This document shows positions 12,429 to 25,690 of a DNA stretch of 64,000 bases, piece by piece. The notes beneath the pieces were generated by a model. It worked only from the letters and a program-made list of their open reading frames with translations, was not told the origin of the DNA and made no database searches. The stretch's first letter is position 1. Each line of letters opens with the position of its first letter. A program made the position numbers and the translations under genes. Origin of the DNA: Felis catus (taxonomy: Eukaryota); NCBI RefSeq assembly GCF_018350175.1, contig NC_058368.1:218118001-218182000 (forward strand). Reading direction: 5' to 3'.

Positions 12429-12974
12429 AACTAGAAATAAATGATGGCATATATGGATGATATCAAAGTTTCCAATACTATTTTACTTTTATTTATTTGT
12501 ACTTTTTATGACTTTGTAAATCCAGAAAATGATTGAAATTTGCATTTTTTATTTTTATGAGATCAGTGAAGAATTTTTCTCAAAATCTATTGAGGTCAGT
12601 GTCAAGAAGGAAACATTTAACTTTCTTTTTCATGAGAATTTATGCAAAAATTGAAATATAAGCAAGTTAAATAATATACTATAATATGGAAAATAAAGTA
12701 TTATATTATAACATAATAATTAAAATATAATTATACACTGTATGAAAAAATTAATATAGTTGACTAAGTAGGTTCCAGTTCATCTATGCAAGGATAGCTC
12801 AATACCAAGTTATTTTTTTTCTAATTCATAATAAGTGGAATAGGAATAGTTAATAACACAAAATTTATTGCTCATGGATTGGAAGTCTGTAAATTGGATC
12901 AAACAATGTAGTGCTCCAAAGGGATAAAAGTTGTCTGATGATATACAGCCTAAAGACTTAAAAAAATCAGTACC

Positions 12975-13200
12975 ATAGTAGAATGGATAGAAGGACAAAT
13001 TCTGGAGTCAACTTTCTGGGTTTAAATTCTGAAAATTCAACCAGGCACTATTTCCCTCATCTATAAAATAGAGATGATGATGGTGGTGGTGGTGATCATG
13101 ACGACACAAGATGGAATCTAAGTACAGACTGTTGGGTAAATAAAAATTGAAAAATTATGCCATGTGGGCCCTGGACTTAAAATATGAACGGTATGATTAA
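12975..13200 (+). mobile_element. MIR relic
   Basis: tctggagtca...ctgggtttaaattct...tttccctcatctataaaatagagatgatga. Confidence 0.55.
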
Positions 13201-13792
13201 ACAGTGATGTTAATGGCATAGAGACAAAATTATTGGTCAAAGAGATCAGAAACACCCCCAAACAGTTCACTTGATATGCCAGCAAATCACTTACTCCTCA
13301 TGACTTCTTTGGCTGGTGGCTACACAGGGTTTTTTGTTTTCTTTTTTTCTCCTTGTGTTCAACAACACTAGTTGTTAAACTATTATTCAATAGTATGTTA
13401 AACTAGCATTTGAAAATACTATACCATATGAATGAGAAGCATTAGAGTCTACTACCATTGCTGCTCATTGGGAACAAAATTACTGGGGCATGTATAAATT
13501 AGTTTTTATAAATGAACAATGGCAACAACTATCCTCCTCCCTTACCTTAATTATTAGTTACTATTTTGAAATAGAATGAAATTTTTATGCCACATCAAGA
13601 AAGTCAGTACAAGAACATTTGCATGCTGGAGAAAACTATTCCACTTTAAGGACTAATAACCTGGTATTACTATTATTGGTATTGCTGTCAAAAAAAAATG
13701 TATTACTCTTCTCTTTAGAATGATCCAGCTCTTTCTATCAAAGAAAAACTTGAAACACACAAAATAAAATGTAATAAAATTCTCTAGGGGCT

Positions 13793-14170
13793 TGTGATAG
13801 ACATCAGCTAGGCATCAGAAAAGATTATTATTTCTCAACCCCATTTTATTTAGAATAGAATCTTTTGATTGAATTCCAGCTAATGAGATGAGGTGGAAGA
13901 GACATATAGAACTTCCAGGCCATGAAACCTTTATACCATCCCACATTCCCTTTCCCCATTCTCCAATGACTGTAGTGGCTGTGTTCCAGAAGACGGAAGA
14001 GGCCACAATGACCTAACTAATTTTGAGGACTCTAAATAGACAAATTGGAGGAGTGCCACCGAGGACAGTGTTGCAACTTGCCATGGAAGGGATGTGAAGG
14101 AGAAATAAAATTTTGTAATAAATTACTGAGACTGAGGGGTATTTGTTACAAAGAGCTACTGTTAATTATG
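13793..14170 (+). mobile_element. Old MaLR LTR (MLT1J/K/L-like)
   Basis: tgtg start; 3' gtgaaggagaaataaaattttg...actgagactgaggggtatttgttaca is typical of MLT1 ends. Confidence 0.55.
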
Positions 14171-14433
14171 CTACACAATACTGAGACATCTAACCTAATA
14201 TGACAGACAAAAATATTGATCAGTGTCCACCAAACATGTTTAAAGAGAAAAATCATTTAAAAAATTAATAATTTTACATTAACCAAAACATAAATAAATG
14301 TATCTATCTATTGGAAGATATAAGCCCAACTTCTTTTCTTGAAAAAGGGATATTGTGATTAGAATTCTCTTTATTTCCTTTCATCAGTTACGTTGATAGT
14401 GTAAAACTGACACTTAAAATTTGATGTCTTTAA

Positions 14434-14649
14434 TCTTTGTTTTAACATTTATTCATTTTTGACAGACAGAGAGAGACAGAGCATGAGTAGGGGAAGGGTA
14501 GAGAGGGTGGGAGACACAGAATCCAAAGCAGGCTCCAGGCTCTGAGCTGTCAGCACAGAGCCTGACACGGGTCTCAAACTCATGGACCGCGAGATCATGA
14601 CCTGAGCCGAAGTTGGGACGCTTAACTGACTGAGCCACCCAGGTACCCC
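14434..14649 (-). mobile_element. CanSINE (felid type)
   Basis: Reverse-complement SINE ending gagccacccaggtacccc. Confidence 0.97.
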
Positions 14650-14663
14650 TAAAATTTGCTATG

Positions 14664-14885
14664 TTTTTTTTTAATTTTTTTTAACGTTTATTTATTTTTG
14701 AGACAGAGAGAGACACAGCATGAACAGGGGAGGGGCAGAGAGAGAGGGAGACACAGAATCTGAAACAGGCTCCAGGCTCTGAGCTGTCAGCACAGAGCCC
14801 GACGTGGGGCTCGAACTCACGGACCGTGAGATCATGACCTGAGCCGAAGTCGGACGCTTAACCGACCAAGCCACCCAGGCGCCCC
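14664..14885 (-). mobile_element. CanSINE (felid type, young, CpG-rich)
   Basis: TSD aaaatttgctat at 14651 and 14886. Confidence 0.98.
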
Positions 14886-16119
14886 AAAATTTGCTATCTT
14901 TAAAGTGAAACAAGAACTCTAAGAAAAAAATGTGCAGTTTGAGTATACAGGCAGGTTTACATGAACTCTTTCCTTGTATTTTTATACTGTCTCACCCTAA
15001 CCTAAATACATGCCATTTTTTTAGCATCTTGTTTTCAAAGAGACTTTCCATACATATATTTTATTCATACACATTTCATGATATTACCTTATGTTTAGAA
15101 TTGAAGAATTCTCTACATACAGTTCATTCTACTATCGTGCTTTTCTTAAACAGGAATTTGCCCCAACAGGATTGATATATTAGGGAATATTTTGAGCACG
15201 AGGCTAGTTTCAAATTTGCTTATATGTGATTTCATCAACAAGAATCACTAGGTGATCAGATAAAATTCCACCCAGCAGAATCGAGCCTTCTTGGAAGATA
15301 AAAGTATACACACAAACGAGCATGCACACATACAAACATCTACTAGTTACCACAGTTCACTGTGTATGCTATAAGCCATGCCCATGGACAACAGGTGTTT
15401 CAACTTTCCTTCTGATTTCAGATAACCCTTCTTACCTCTTCATAACAACTAACAAGCTGCAACTCTTCTGATACTTAGAAGCTTCAGGGCCTTTTCAAGG
15501 TGCAGTGCGTTTATCATATTTATGCATTCAACTGTTAACATGTGTAAATCTGTGCTATCATTTTTATTAGGTTACTCTCAATTTTGTGTGTATCACTTAA
15601 AATGTTTCTGATAGTTTTATCCCTGACCCTATTTTTCCCTGTGCACAACTGTGCATAGTGGGTTGACCTTAAGAGGGCACATAACTATAGTATAACTGGC
15701 TGTAAATGTAACTGACTCCATTTGTCTGAAAATCAAGGAGAAAATGGAAAGCATCAGTTAGCCTGGCAAGACAGATAATTGGAATTTGGCTAAGAGAATT
15801 CTAATGTAAAACAGACACAATAATAAGATTAAGATAGCACTCCTTACTTTGGAATATTTATCCATTATCTGCCGTTCCCGAGCTGACTGTGTTTTTTGGA
15901 TTTTTCTTCAATTATTCTCAGATCCTGAAATTTGTCATCATTTCAAGAAGCCACCAAAAAAAAACCTTTTTCAGGTGTTACCATTTAAGAAGGCTGCCTA
16001 ATGGGTGTATACTTCCTTGTACCCTCAAATTCAACTCACAATATCTACATATGTTAATCAATGTGTAATATACTGCATGCAAGAATGTGTGATGTCAGCA
16101 AGGAAGGTAATTTGAGGAA

Positions 16120-16279
16120 TTTCAAGACACCAGTCATAATAATTTAGGGCCCATTCTAATGACCACAAATAACTTGTTACCTCTTTAAAGACCCTATTTT
16201 GAAATACAGTAACATCTGAAATTAATGGGGGTTATGACTTTAACATATGAATTTGGGGTACAAAATATAGCCCGTAGCA
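16120..16279 (-). mobile_element. MLT1A/B/C-type LTR fragment
   Basis: gacaccagtcat...tagggcccattctaatgacc...aaagaccctatttt...acatatgaatttgggg..aca. Confidence 0.7.
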
Positions 16280-16703
16280 CTGTATCAAAAATAATTATTA
16301 TTATGTTGTTGTTATTATTATTTAACATAAAATGAATATACACTTTGCCAAGGGAGGTGAGTTAAACAGCTCATATAGTTTTTTCTCATTTATTTATAAA
16401 ATTAATAATTTAAAATTTTAGAGAGTTAACCTGAAGGAGACTGTGTCTGTGATCCATAAAAGATATTTCACTTTGACTGATTTTTATGTTGTCATACTGA
16501 CTTCATAAAAGGAATGAAAGTAATTTATTTTCTTTACTCTCTAATCACAAAAAAAAAAAAAAACACCATAGAACACAGTATTTCGTGAAGAGTCCTTTTC
16601 TTCAAAGGCCATTAAAATCCTTATTTTCTGAACTTAAATGTTACTACAAGGACGTATGAGACCAAGAGAATGTATTCTTTCCTTCTGTGAAACAAAAATA
16701 CCG

Positions 16704-16775
16704 TTTCCTTAATTTTAAAATTTCCTCATTTTCCTTAATTTTAACATTTCCTCATTTTCCTTAATTTAACATTTA
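16704..16775 (+). repeat. 26-bp tandem repeat, ~2.7 copies
   Basis: Unit tttccttaattttaa(a/c)atttcctcat. Confidence 0.9.
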
Positions 16776-16980
16776 ACATTTAAACTTATATTTTCCTAAT
16801 TAGTTTTAAATGTTTCATTTTTTTGGAAAATACAGTTACACATTATATTCATTTACTTCACAAAAACCTTTTTAAAACATTTTAAACTATTTTCATATGT
16901 TATTTAATGTTACTCTGTTTTTCAGGAATATCAATTATGCTTACACAGAATGCCCACTTGTCTTAATATGGTTATTTTCG

Positions 16981-17194
16981 TTTTTTAATGTTTATTTTTG
17001 AGAGAGAGAGAGGGAGAGAGAAAGAGAGAGAGCATGCACATGCGAGCAGTGAAGGGGCAGAGAGAGAGGGAGCCAGAGAATCTAAGGCAGGATCTGCCCT
17101 GACAGCCCTGATACTGAGCTTCAACCCACAAACTGTGAGATCATGACCTGAACCAAGATCGGAAGCTTAACTGACTGAGCCACCCAGGAGCCCC
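16981..17194 (-). mobile_element. CanSINE
   Basis: Reverse-complement SINE ending gccacccaggagcccc. Confidence 0.95.
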
Positions 17195-18559
17195 GAATAC
17201 AGTTCTCTTCTAGTAATTTTTATACTTTTGTTCCTTTTTCATTTTATGTCAAATCTTGAAACATATTCTTTAGGTCCATGAATTTATTTTTAGCAAAGTC
17301 TGTTCTCTTTCTTTCCATAACATGTGGCTTTAATGTTGTTAAATAATTAAAAATAGATGTATTTCCCATTCCTTCTTTTAATTCTGTCAGCACATTTTCA
17401 TTTAACTTTTATTAATTATTCTTTCTTATATATTTAAATATTTCTAAACATATTCAATTTTCTTTATAATGAATTGTGCTTATGTACTTGAAATTTTGTT
17501 CAGTCATGAAAATTTTCTTCCTGTTATATATTCTTCATCTAGTATTTTTTTTTAATTTTTGTAGTTTATTCCATTTTCTTTGTAACATCTATGCATGGAT
17601 AATCTTTTTGCTTAATGTCAATATAGAATAGGCACACATTTGTCTACATCTCTGTTTACGCAATGAAAATATTGCATTTGAGGCAGTATCCTGGGAGATA
17701 GGAGAGAAGGTAGCCGGCAGGTTTAATTTTTGTATATTTTTTTAGAATAGATTATCTCTTACATTCAGGTCTTCCTTCATTGGAGCCATATGTCTCTCTG
17801 CACTTTAAGAACTCCTTTTGAGACGAGCATATGCTCTAGGTGGGAGATCATCATGATGACAAACTGTAGTCAGAGTGCTCTCGCTGGTGATGTCCAATGC
17901 ATTCATTACTCTACAACCTACTTGGGAAAGTAATTACAGAGGCCACTGAAACCGATCTCTTTTCTGCCATGATCTCACCTCCAGGCCATTTTTCTTGGTT
18001 ACTGTGGTCTGTGATGTGGTAAGGGGTCAAACTAGAAGACTTCCTCCTCTTTTTATTTCCATACCCCAACCACATTTTTTAACCTATAAAGCACCATTGG
18101 TCAGTTTTTTCTTTCTTTTTTTCATTTTGAAGACACTTCACTTGGCTTTTTTCTAATTTTACCCAAATTTTAGTTATTTGATAGCTATTATTAAGTTTTA
18201 TTCTTTATAGCTGTATAATTTATAATTTAGCTTAATACTGAGGATTTTTCTAATTTAGTGATTTACATTTATTTTCAGCAAATTATAGAAAAAGAATAAA
18301 ATTGCTATATTTTGCTATCATTATTAAAATATTGGATATTATAATTTTAAGGCCTTATTTTAAATAACTATAAAGTGTATTTGCATTCATACCCATCAGT
18401 AACATTTCATGTAATATGACTATACCCATCTTTGTAGAAAACAAGGGGAGAAGTATGTAATATTAATCTACACGTGTAAGTAAAATCTACATGTTTTTTT
18501 CATAAACGCCTTCTAATTTTCCCATTTACTCTTTAAAATGCAATAGGGTTTTATGCGCA

Positions 18560-18884
18560 TTTTTTGCGTGTGTGTGTGTGAGAGAGAAGACACAAGTGAG
18601 CAAGGGGCAGAGAGAGAGAGACAGAATCCCGGGGGTGGGGGGAAGTGGGGAGAAGGGACGGGACAGGAAGGGAAGGGATGGGACAGGGCGGGACGGGACG
18701 GGACGGGACGGGAAGGGAAGGGAAGGGAAGGGAAGGGAAGGGAAGGGAAGGGAAGGGAAGGGAAGGGAAGGGAAAGTAAGGGAAGAGAAGCAGGGCTCAC
18801 CAAAGCGGGGCTCCAGCTCAGGGACAATGACATCATGACCTGAGCTGAAGACAGATGTTTAACCTACTGAGCCACCCAGGCACC
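18560..18884 (-). mobile_element. CanSINE (variant with second internal purine tract) carrying a pentanucleotide expansion
   Basis: SINE ends intact; TSD atgc(g/a)catt at 18553 and 18886. Confidence 0.9.
18631..18790 (+). repeat. Compound (GGACG)n/(GGAAG)n microsatellite
   Basis: GGACG x4 at 18691-18710, GGAAG x12 at 18711-18770, degenerate flanks. Confidence 0.97.
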
Positions 18885-19691
18885 GATGCACATTCTTTTT
18901 TTCAAGAAACATTTCCACTTTATTTGTGATAGACTTTATTTGTCTATGTGTCTATAGTGTCTAAAGTGTCTATGGCACTTTATTTGTGATAGACTATATT
19001 CCACCTAATTTCTTCCCTCCTATACTTTGTTATAGTGAAAAGAAACTATGAAAGTTAGCTCTTTAGAAATTAGACTGCATAGAAATGCTTTCCTTTACTA
19101 TGTCCAATAATATAAGGAAGCAAGCTCTAAAATGATAATAATAATTTTAAATCGTTCCAGAAACCAATAATGTAATTTATTTAAGATGTTCTTATTTACT
19201 TAACTGGAGGATGTTACTGAGATATATAGCAACCTTTTGATGAATGAGCACACTTTTCCCCCAGTCCTCAATTCCTCGAAACATCTTTTATGTAATCAGG
19301 GAAAGACAATTATCAGGGAGTTTCAGGCGTCTGAATCTTACAAACTGAAAGTTGTAATTGGGGGTGGAAAATGTGCTTTCAATTCCTCCTAGATTTCTTC
19401 CCCGGTGGAGCCCCCCCACACACTACAGGCAGCACAGTCATGGCAGCGGTATGGACAAGCAACCTTCCTGCTGCCTTCAGGCCCACTGCAGGCCATGTTC
19501 CGTTTTAAAGGTGGCACACTCTATTATGAGATGTGCACAAAAACCCCTGTAACTGTGCTGCAAATACATGGCAGAAAAGCATTCTTTCTACATACTGCTC
19601 CTATCACTACCAAAAGACATGACATAAACAACCTCACTCTTTTTTCCATACATTGGTAGTTCTAAGGGGTGTTTTTCCTCACTAGTTTTAA

Positions 19692-19904
19692 GTCTTTTTT
19701 AATGTTTATTTTTGAGAAAGAGAGAGATAGACAGAGCATGAGTGGGGGAGGGGCAGCAAGAGTGGGAGACACAGACTCTGAAGCAGGCTCCAGGCTCTGA
19801 GCTGTTAGCACAGAGCCTGACGCGGGACTCAAATTCACAAACCGCGAGATCATGACCTGAGCCGTAAGTCGGACGCTCAACCGACTGGGCCACTCAGGCA
19901 CCCC
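19692..19904 (-). mobile_element. CanSINE (felid type)
   Basis: Perfect 17-bp TSD ttcctcactagttttaa (19675, 19905). Confidence 0.98.
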
Positions 19905-20129
19905 TTCCTCACTAGTTTTAATGTTGTAAATAGAAATTTAAAAGCACAGAGAAACATGAAGAGAACACTGTATTAAGAATGTATGTGCTTGCCATTCAAT
20001 CCAAGAATTACCAACATTTTGACCATCTTATTTGTTCTACTTTCTGTGGTTTGCAATAGTGCTGGAGTATTTTAAAGTAAGTCCATTTTTTTTTCATATA
20101 AATGCCTATGAATATCTATCTGATAAGGA

Positions 20130-21250
20130 ATTTATCATGTACCAATGGCTAAATCACGTAATTTCTCCCACAGTGCTCTCTCTGACCTCTATATTTTACC
20201 CAAGTTTGGACCACCATTATTCTACTTAATTTCCTAAAACAGATGTCTAATTTTTTTTCTAATAATGTTTTTCTGTAATCTCCTAGTTAAAGGGCACCTA
20301 TTGTGTTCTTTTGAAGAGCAAACCTTATCATGTCACTCCCAAGTTTAATAACTTTCAAGAAGTATCTATAACCTTCTAAATAATGTCTAGAATCCTTAAT
20401 ATGCCTCATATGGTCCTTCATAAGTTGGCACCTCATAACTTCACCAGCTTTATAACCGATTCAATTTAGTGCAACATAGTTATTATTGTCTCTATATTAG
20501 CCAAGGTGTTTATACATACTATTTGTTGGCTAAAATAATTTATGCCCATTCCCTGTTAGCCCTTTGGTTTAGCTTAGATTCCCCTTCCTGTAGAATGTAT
20601 TAATTGGTCTCCCAAGTCCTGGTTATCTGTCCTTTCCAAATGCTACATAGTACACTATAATTACCTCATCACTTATTATACTGCAAAGCAAGATCCTAAG
20701 CACTTGTCTCTATCATTCTTGATTTATCTTTTAACCCTATAGCTACTCAGTCAGTAAACTTCCTTGATCTTACATGCAAAATTTCAAGGTTTCCACTTCT
20801 TTGCATATCCACTCCTTCTAACTTACCCCAGTCACCACATGTTATGACTTAATTACTGGTATCTCTGCTCCATTTCTTACTTTAACTCTGCAAATATTAT
20901 ATACAATTTTTTATGCTATCAGATCACTAAAAAATTCCCATGAAATGATTAATCTTGGAATAAATTATTTTTCCAGTATGATCTTTGTGATGTGGCCCTT
21001 GCTGAATCCTCCTACATAATCATTTTATGTCACAGTCTCTTTTTTTTATACTGGGCAAGCCACACAAGCTTACTTTGTTACTGGAAAATGCTGAGATTTT
21101 CTTTCTCAATTCAAGGGAGTTTTTCTTTCTACTCCCTTTCTCTAAAGGGTTTTTCCAGCAACTTCTGCAAGGATGGCTCCTTCCTATCCATCATGTAAAT
21201 TTTATGATCTGGGAAACCTTCCTTGAATTCCATTTTCTCAATACCACTTT
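20130..21250 (+). mobile_element. L2 relic fragments
   Basis: CT-rich decayed motifs such as atcatgtcactcccaagtttaataactttcaa and ggtccttcataagttggcacc resemble the L2 3' region. Confidence 0.45.
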
Positions 21251-21303
21251 ATAATCATGGATTAAATTTGTGGACTAAAGGATAACCAGTTTTCTTTGTT
21301 TTC

Positions 21304-21305
<2 letters not shown>

Positions 21306-21349
<44 letters not shown>
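21306..21349 (+). repeat. (TG)22 microsatellite
   Basis: Direct reading. Confidence 0.98.
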
Positions 21350-21351
<2 letters not shown>

Positions 21352-21396
21352 TATTCTGCAGATCCTTAAAAAGGAGTAGTATCTTTTATTGAGGTC

Positions 21397-21787
21397 AATA
21401 TTAGGGTTCTTCAGAGAAACAGAACAAATGGGATGTGTATATATATATATAGAAATCTATTTATTATAAGGAACTAGCTAACAATTACAGAAGCTGGCAC
21501 ATACAAAATCTGCTGTATGGCCCAGAAAACTGGCAACCTAGAACAACTGATGTTCCAATTCAAATCTAAAATCTATCTGCTACAGAATCTTCTCTTATTC
21601 AGGGCCAGTTCAGACATTTTATTTTATTAAGCCCTTAACTGATTAGATGAGGCACACTGACAGAGAACAATGTACTTTACTCAAAATCCACCAATTTAAA
21701 TATTAATTTAAACACCTAGAGTAATGTTTGACCAACTGTTTGGGTACCACAGCCCACCCAAGTTGACAGGTAATATTAACCATCACA
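21397..21787 (-). mobile_element. MLT2 (ERVL) solo LTR
   Basis: tattagggttcttcagagaaacagaac ... caagttgaca..attaaccatcaca termini. Confidence 0.88.
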
Positions 21788-22034
21788 GAGCCCAAGCTCC
21801 ATAGTTACATATAATATCTCCTTTAACTATTATGGTTATGTGCTATAGGTCTACTCCACCCCTGGAAGATGCCTATTGCTACTGTTAACTTTTTCTGGTT
21901 GTATCTTCCATAGTTTCAGATTTATGACAATTGGCAATGTTCTGAATTTTAGACAAATATTTATTAATGCTCTCTGTATGAACTTCACTGCTAGGTATGT
22001 AGCCTGTACTATTAAAAAAAAAAAAAAGTCCTCT

Positions 22035-22246
22035 GGGGCGCTTGGGTGGCTCAATCGGTTGAGCATCCGACTTCAGCTCAGGTCACGATCTCACAGTTTG
22101 TGAGTTCGAGCCCCGCGTCGGGCTCTGGGCTGATGGCTCAGAGCCTGGAGCCTGCTTCCGATTCTGTGTCTCCCTCTCTCTCTGCCCCTCCCCCATGCAT
22201 GCTCTGTCTCTCTCTGTCTCAAAAATAAATAAACATTAAAAAAATT
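22035..22246 (+). mobile_element. CanSINE (felid type, young)
   Basis: TSD aaaagtcctct. Confidence 0.98.
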
Positions 22247-22461
22247 AAAAGTCCTCTTTGTCTCAATTAATATTTGATCTAACTCATTAAATAGCAAGAG
22301 TACAATCTCTATTTTTGTTTATCGGCATTTTCCTGGTATATATTTGACTATTTTTTTTTAGTCTTCACCTTTTAAATACCTCTACACGTGTTACTTCCGC
22401 ATGTGTTACTGCCACACAGAAGGGTTTTAGATGTTTTTCTGACAATCTGAAAGCTTTTAAA

Positions 22462-22694
22462 AATTTTTTAATGGTTATTTATGTTTGAGAGAGAAAGAGA
22501 GAGAGAGAGTGAGAGAGAGAGAGAGAGAGAGAAGGCACAATAGAGGAAGGGCAGAGAGAGACACAGAATCTGAAGCAAGCTCCAGGCTCTGAGCTGTCAG
22601 CACAGAGCCCAACGTGGGATCAAACCCACAAACTGGGAGATAATGACCTGAGCCGAAATCAGATGCTTAATGGACTGAGCCACCCAGGCACCTC
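22462..22694 (-). mobile_element. CanSINE (felid type)
   Basis: Reverse-complement SINE with long (GA)n. Confidence 0.95.
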
Positions 22695-22734
22695 TGTAGT
22701 GTCTTTTTTTTTTCAAAGGATACTTTATTCCTTA

Positions 22735-22844
22735 GGAGCACCTGGGGGCTTCAGTCCATTAAGCATCTGGGTCTTGATCTCAGGGTTCTGAGTTCAAGCT
22801 CCGTGTTGGGCTCCCCGCTAGGTGTGGAGCCTACTTTAAAAAAA
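22735..22844 (+). mobile_element. Short old-type CanSINE (no CT tract)
   Basis: cacctggggg..tcag...cttgatctcagggtt.tgagttcaagc...ggagcctactttaaaaaaa. Confidence 0.8.
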
Positions 22845-23779
22845 TATGTACTTTTGTTTTCAGGGAAGGTTTGTATATTTTTCTAATGGTTATGTTTATA
22901 CTAACACTTCTATAAAATATCTTTAGTCCTCTCTTCTTTTATAGTGATTTTGTTTTCTGCTCTAAGCAATGTTTAAATTATCTAGTAACTATTTTACCCA
23001 TCCCATCTTGTTTACACAAAACCTAGTGTATACTTATTTAATATTAATTATAAGGTTCTCAGAAGGAATCATCCATTTTTGATACACTCTACCCAGTCTC
23101 CTCACCCAGGCTTTAATAGTTATACTGGGTACACCTTGTCAGATAAAGCATCTATTGCATATAATCTTTTATTTGTAAATATACTGGACAAGGCACTGAT
23201 AAAAATATCTCCTGACAACTTAGCTTATTACTCTTATTACTTACCTTATTACGTAATTTATCTTCTTGCCCTGGGAATGGGTTCAACTCTTTGATCCACT
23301 AAAGCTTCTAAATCCTTAAATATTTCCTTTTTCAATATTCCTTCCAAGCCCCTGCACTTTGTTTCATACATTTGAAGCAACATTGCAGAGCTCCCTTAGA
23401 GTAGGTTTTTCTTACTGAATCTTCTTGAGAGAGGTGTCCACTGATCTCTCGAACTTACACACAATCCAACCAAATGTATGTGTGTGCATGCAAATATACC
23501 CATGTGTATATGTGCATGTGTATATATGAATGTAACAGAGAGAGACTCACTACCTGTAAACCAATAAAAATGCCATTGGTCCTTTTTGGCTTACATTACA
23601 AAAGTTTGAAGTATTCTCAGGGAAACAAAACCAGAAAAAAAGGAAAATGTTCTGATTAGCCAATGAAGAGAAAACTCTGGCATTGACACTTAGAGAACAG
23701 AAAAGAGAGTAATCAAATAAGTAAACTCATAGGCAGGCAGAGGAGAACCACATTGGAAACCAGGGCAAATTTTCTAAGG

Positions 23780-24363
23780 CCATCTTGCTTAAGAGTTTTT
23801 GTACAACAAAGAGTTTTGCCCCTTCTCCTTACTTATTTATTTCCCACACAACACCCAGAGGGCTCCTTTCATAATATGTCAGACTAGGGATCTCTTGTGC
23901 TTTACCTATAATGAGTACTCATCTCACTCAAAATAGAATCCAAAATTCTTTGTGTTCTCTTTTTCCTTTGAGCTCATGTAACCTGGCCTCTTCCCCTAAC
24001 GCTATCCCCTTAACATGTTTGATTCTCTGAAAGTTCCTTAAACAGACCAATCTTGCTTGTGCCTTAGACATGTTGTCTCGACCCTCCCTTGGGAGAACTT
24101 TCTCCTTTCCCACAGATTTTGGCTGAAAGGTTGCCACAAGAGAGGGACCTTCCTGATCTATTTGTAAGAGCACGATCCACTCTTCTGTTCACCTGCCAGG
24201 TTTTGTTTATCTATAGTGCTTATTATCAGCTGAAAGATAATTTATCTTTCTACTTGTTGAATTTCTACCATCTCAGTTGAATGTAAATTATTTAAAGCCA
24301 GGGACCAATCTTTTTTTTTACCAGTACAGCTAATAAATGTTGATTGAATGCATGAATGAATGA
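23780..24363 (+). mobile_element. L2 3' end
   Basis: Ends gaatgtaaatta...cagggacc...aataaatgttgattgaatgcatgaatgaatga. Confidence 0.65.
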
Positions 24364-25614
24364 TAGTGCTATTTTGGTGATTTTCATCTATATAATAGTA
24401 ACATTTAAAACAACAACTTAAATATAGTGACAGGCAATAAGACACATTCTGAATAGTCTGTGTTAAGTGGTTGACTTAAATCAATACTACTTGTTTCATA
24501 ACTATATAGTTCATTAGCAAGTGGGAGGGATGTTAATTAGCAATATCATCATAGATAAAAGCCTGTTAAATACATTCAAGTGAGGAAGAGTTTGATTCAC
24601 TGCAGATTAAACTTTGATGAGTCAAGAACAAGATATAAAGTCACTAACTGGTCAAACAAATTATTTATGACGGCTAGAAAAGAATGTGAGTGAAAGTAAG
24701 AGTGACTTAATATAGGCACAAAATACAGGTATTTTTCAGTTAACAGAGAAGAGCTGAAGGAAAATCCTCAATAACCTAAAAATTCTCAGTACCATAAGTA
24801 AAGTTTCTTTTACTGATATACAGAAACATACAACACATTTAGAATTGATACTATGGGGAACATAAGAAAAGACTATAGATAAGAAAAGCTTATCCGTAAT
24901 AAATATGTAGTAAGGCCAATCATATTTTGCTGACCACTGCAGAAAAATGAAAAGTAGCCTGGCAGGAGATCCAGGGAAAGTTGACACTGTAGTTTAATTA
25001 TTAAATGTTGGCCTAGCGGTGCCAACGGAAGATGAGAAATAAGCACAGTGACTGGAAGTTTTTGATGGGAACAGAAGGCTTGAGCATACTAAGCCTTGAG
25101 CATGACCAATTAGTGACTTCAGCATACATTACCTGACCTGTTATTAGGATATCTAATTTTGAATCAATCAATCATAAACAGTTCTTACACTTTTACAGAA
25201 GTGAAATAAACTAGGGAAGTGCCCCCTCCAAAAACAATGTTGCATTATCTTCTATTTTTACCATAGGGATTTCACATTGTCCCTACAGAAGAGATGAAAC
25301 TATCCAATATTCACATATTTTTTCGATGGTATTTATACAATTCTCCTGCACTGACGGTTAGGCTAAGAATGCTCTGCAACTTGCTCCCCCCCACACACAC
25401 AGACCTTCACAAGCACACACACAGCATAAATCACCTATCACCAACATTCTTCACTACTTGCTTCTCAGAAACTTGACTTCCTTCAGCTTTTCTGTACCCA
25501 AGTTCCCTCTCATACTCACACACGTGTGAAATGTTAATTAACCTACAATGTTTTCATACTAAAGGCTGAATTTGACACTAGTTGTATTAGGACATGCCGA
25601 GATGATACTATGAG

Positions 25615-25690
25615 ATGTGCTCTCTCTCTCCTCTCTCTCTCAAAAATAACACAAACTTCTAAAAAAAATTTAAAAATTAAAAAAAAAAAT
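25615..25690 (+). mobile_element. CanSINE 3' remnant
   Basis: gtgctctctctctc...caaaaataa plus A-rich tail, no head. Confidence 0.6.

Noticed and set aside
15436..15531. Minus-strand donor GAG/GTAAGA suggesting an exon
   Set aside because: Weak acceptor and stops in all frames
18513..18843. Low-complexity ORFs (GREGK and PFPSL repeats; likewise EGRK at 990-1247)
   Set aside because: Microsatellite translations
18916..18995. Repeat-spacer-repeat layout resembling CRISPR (also 63824-63862)
   Set aside because: Only two copies, spacer derived from the repeat, mammalian context, no cas genes
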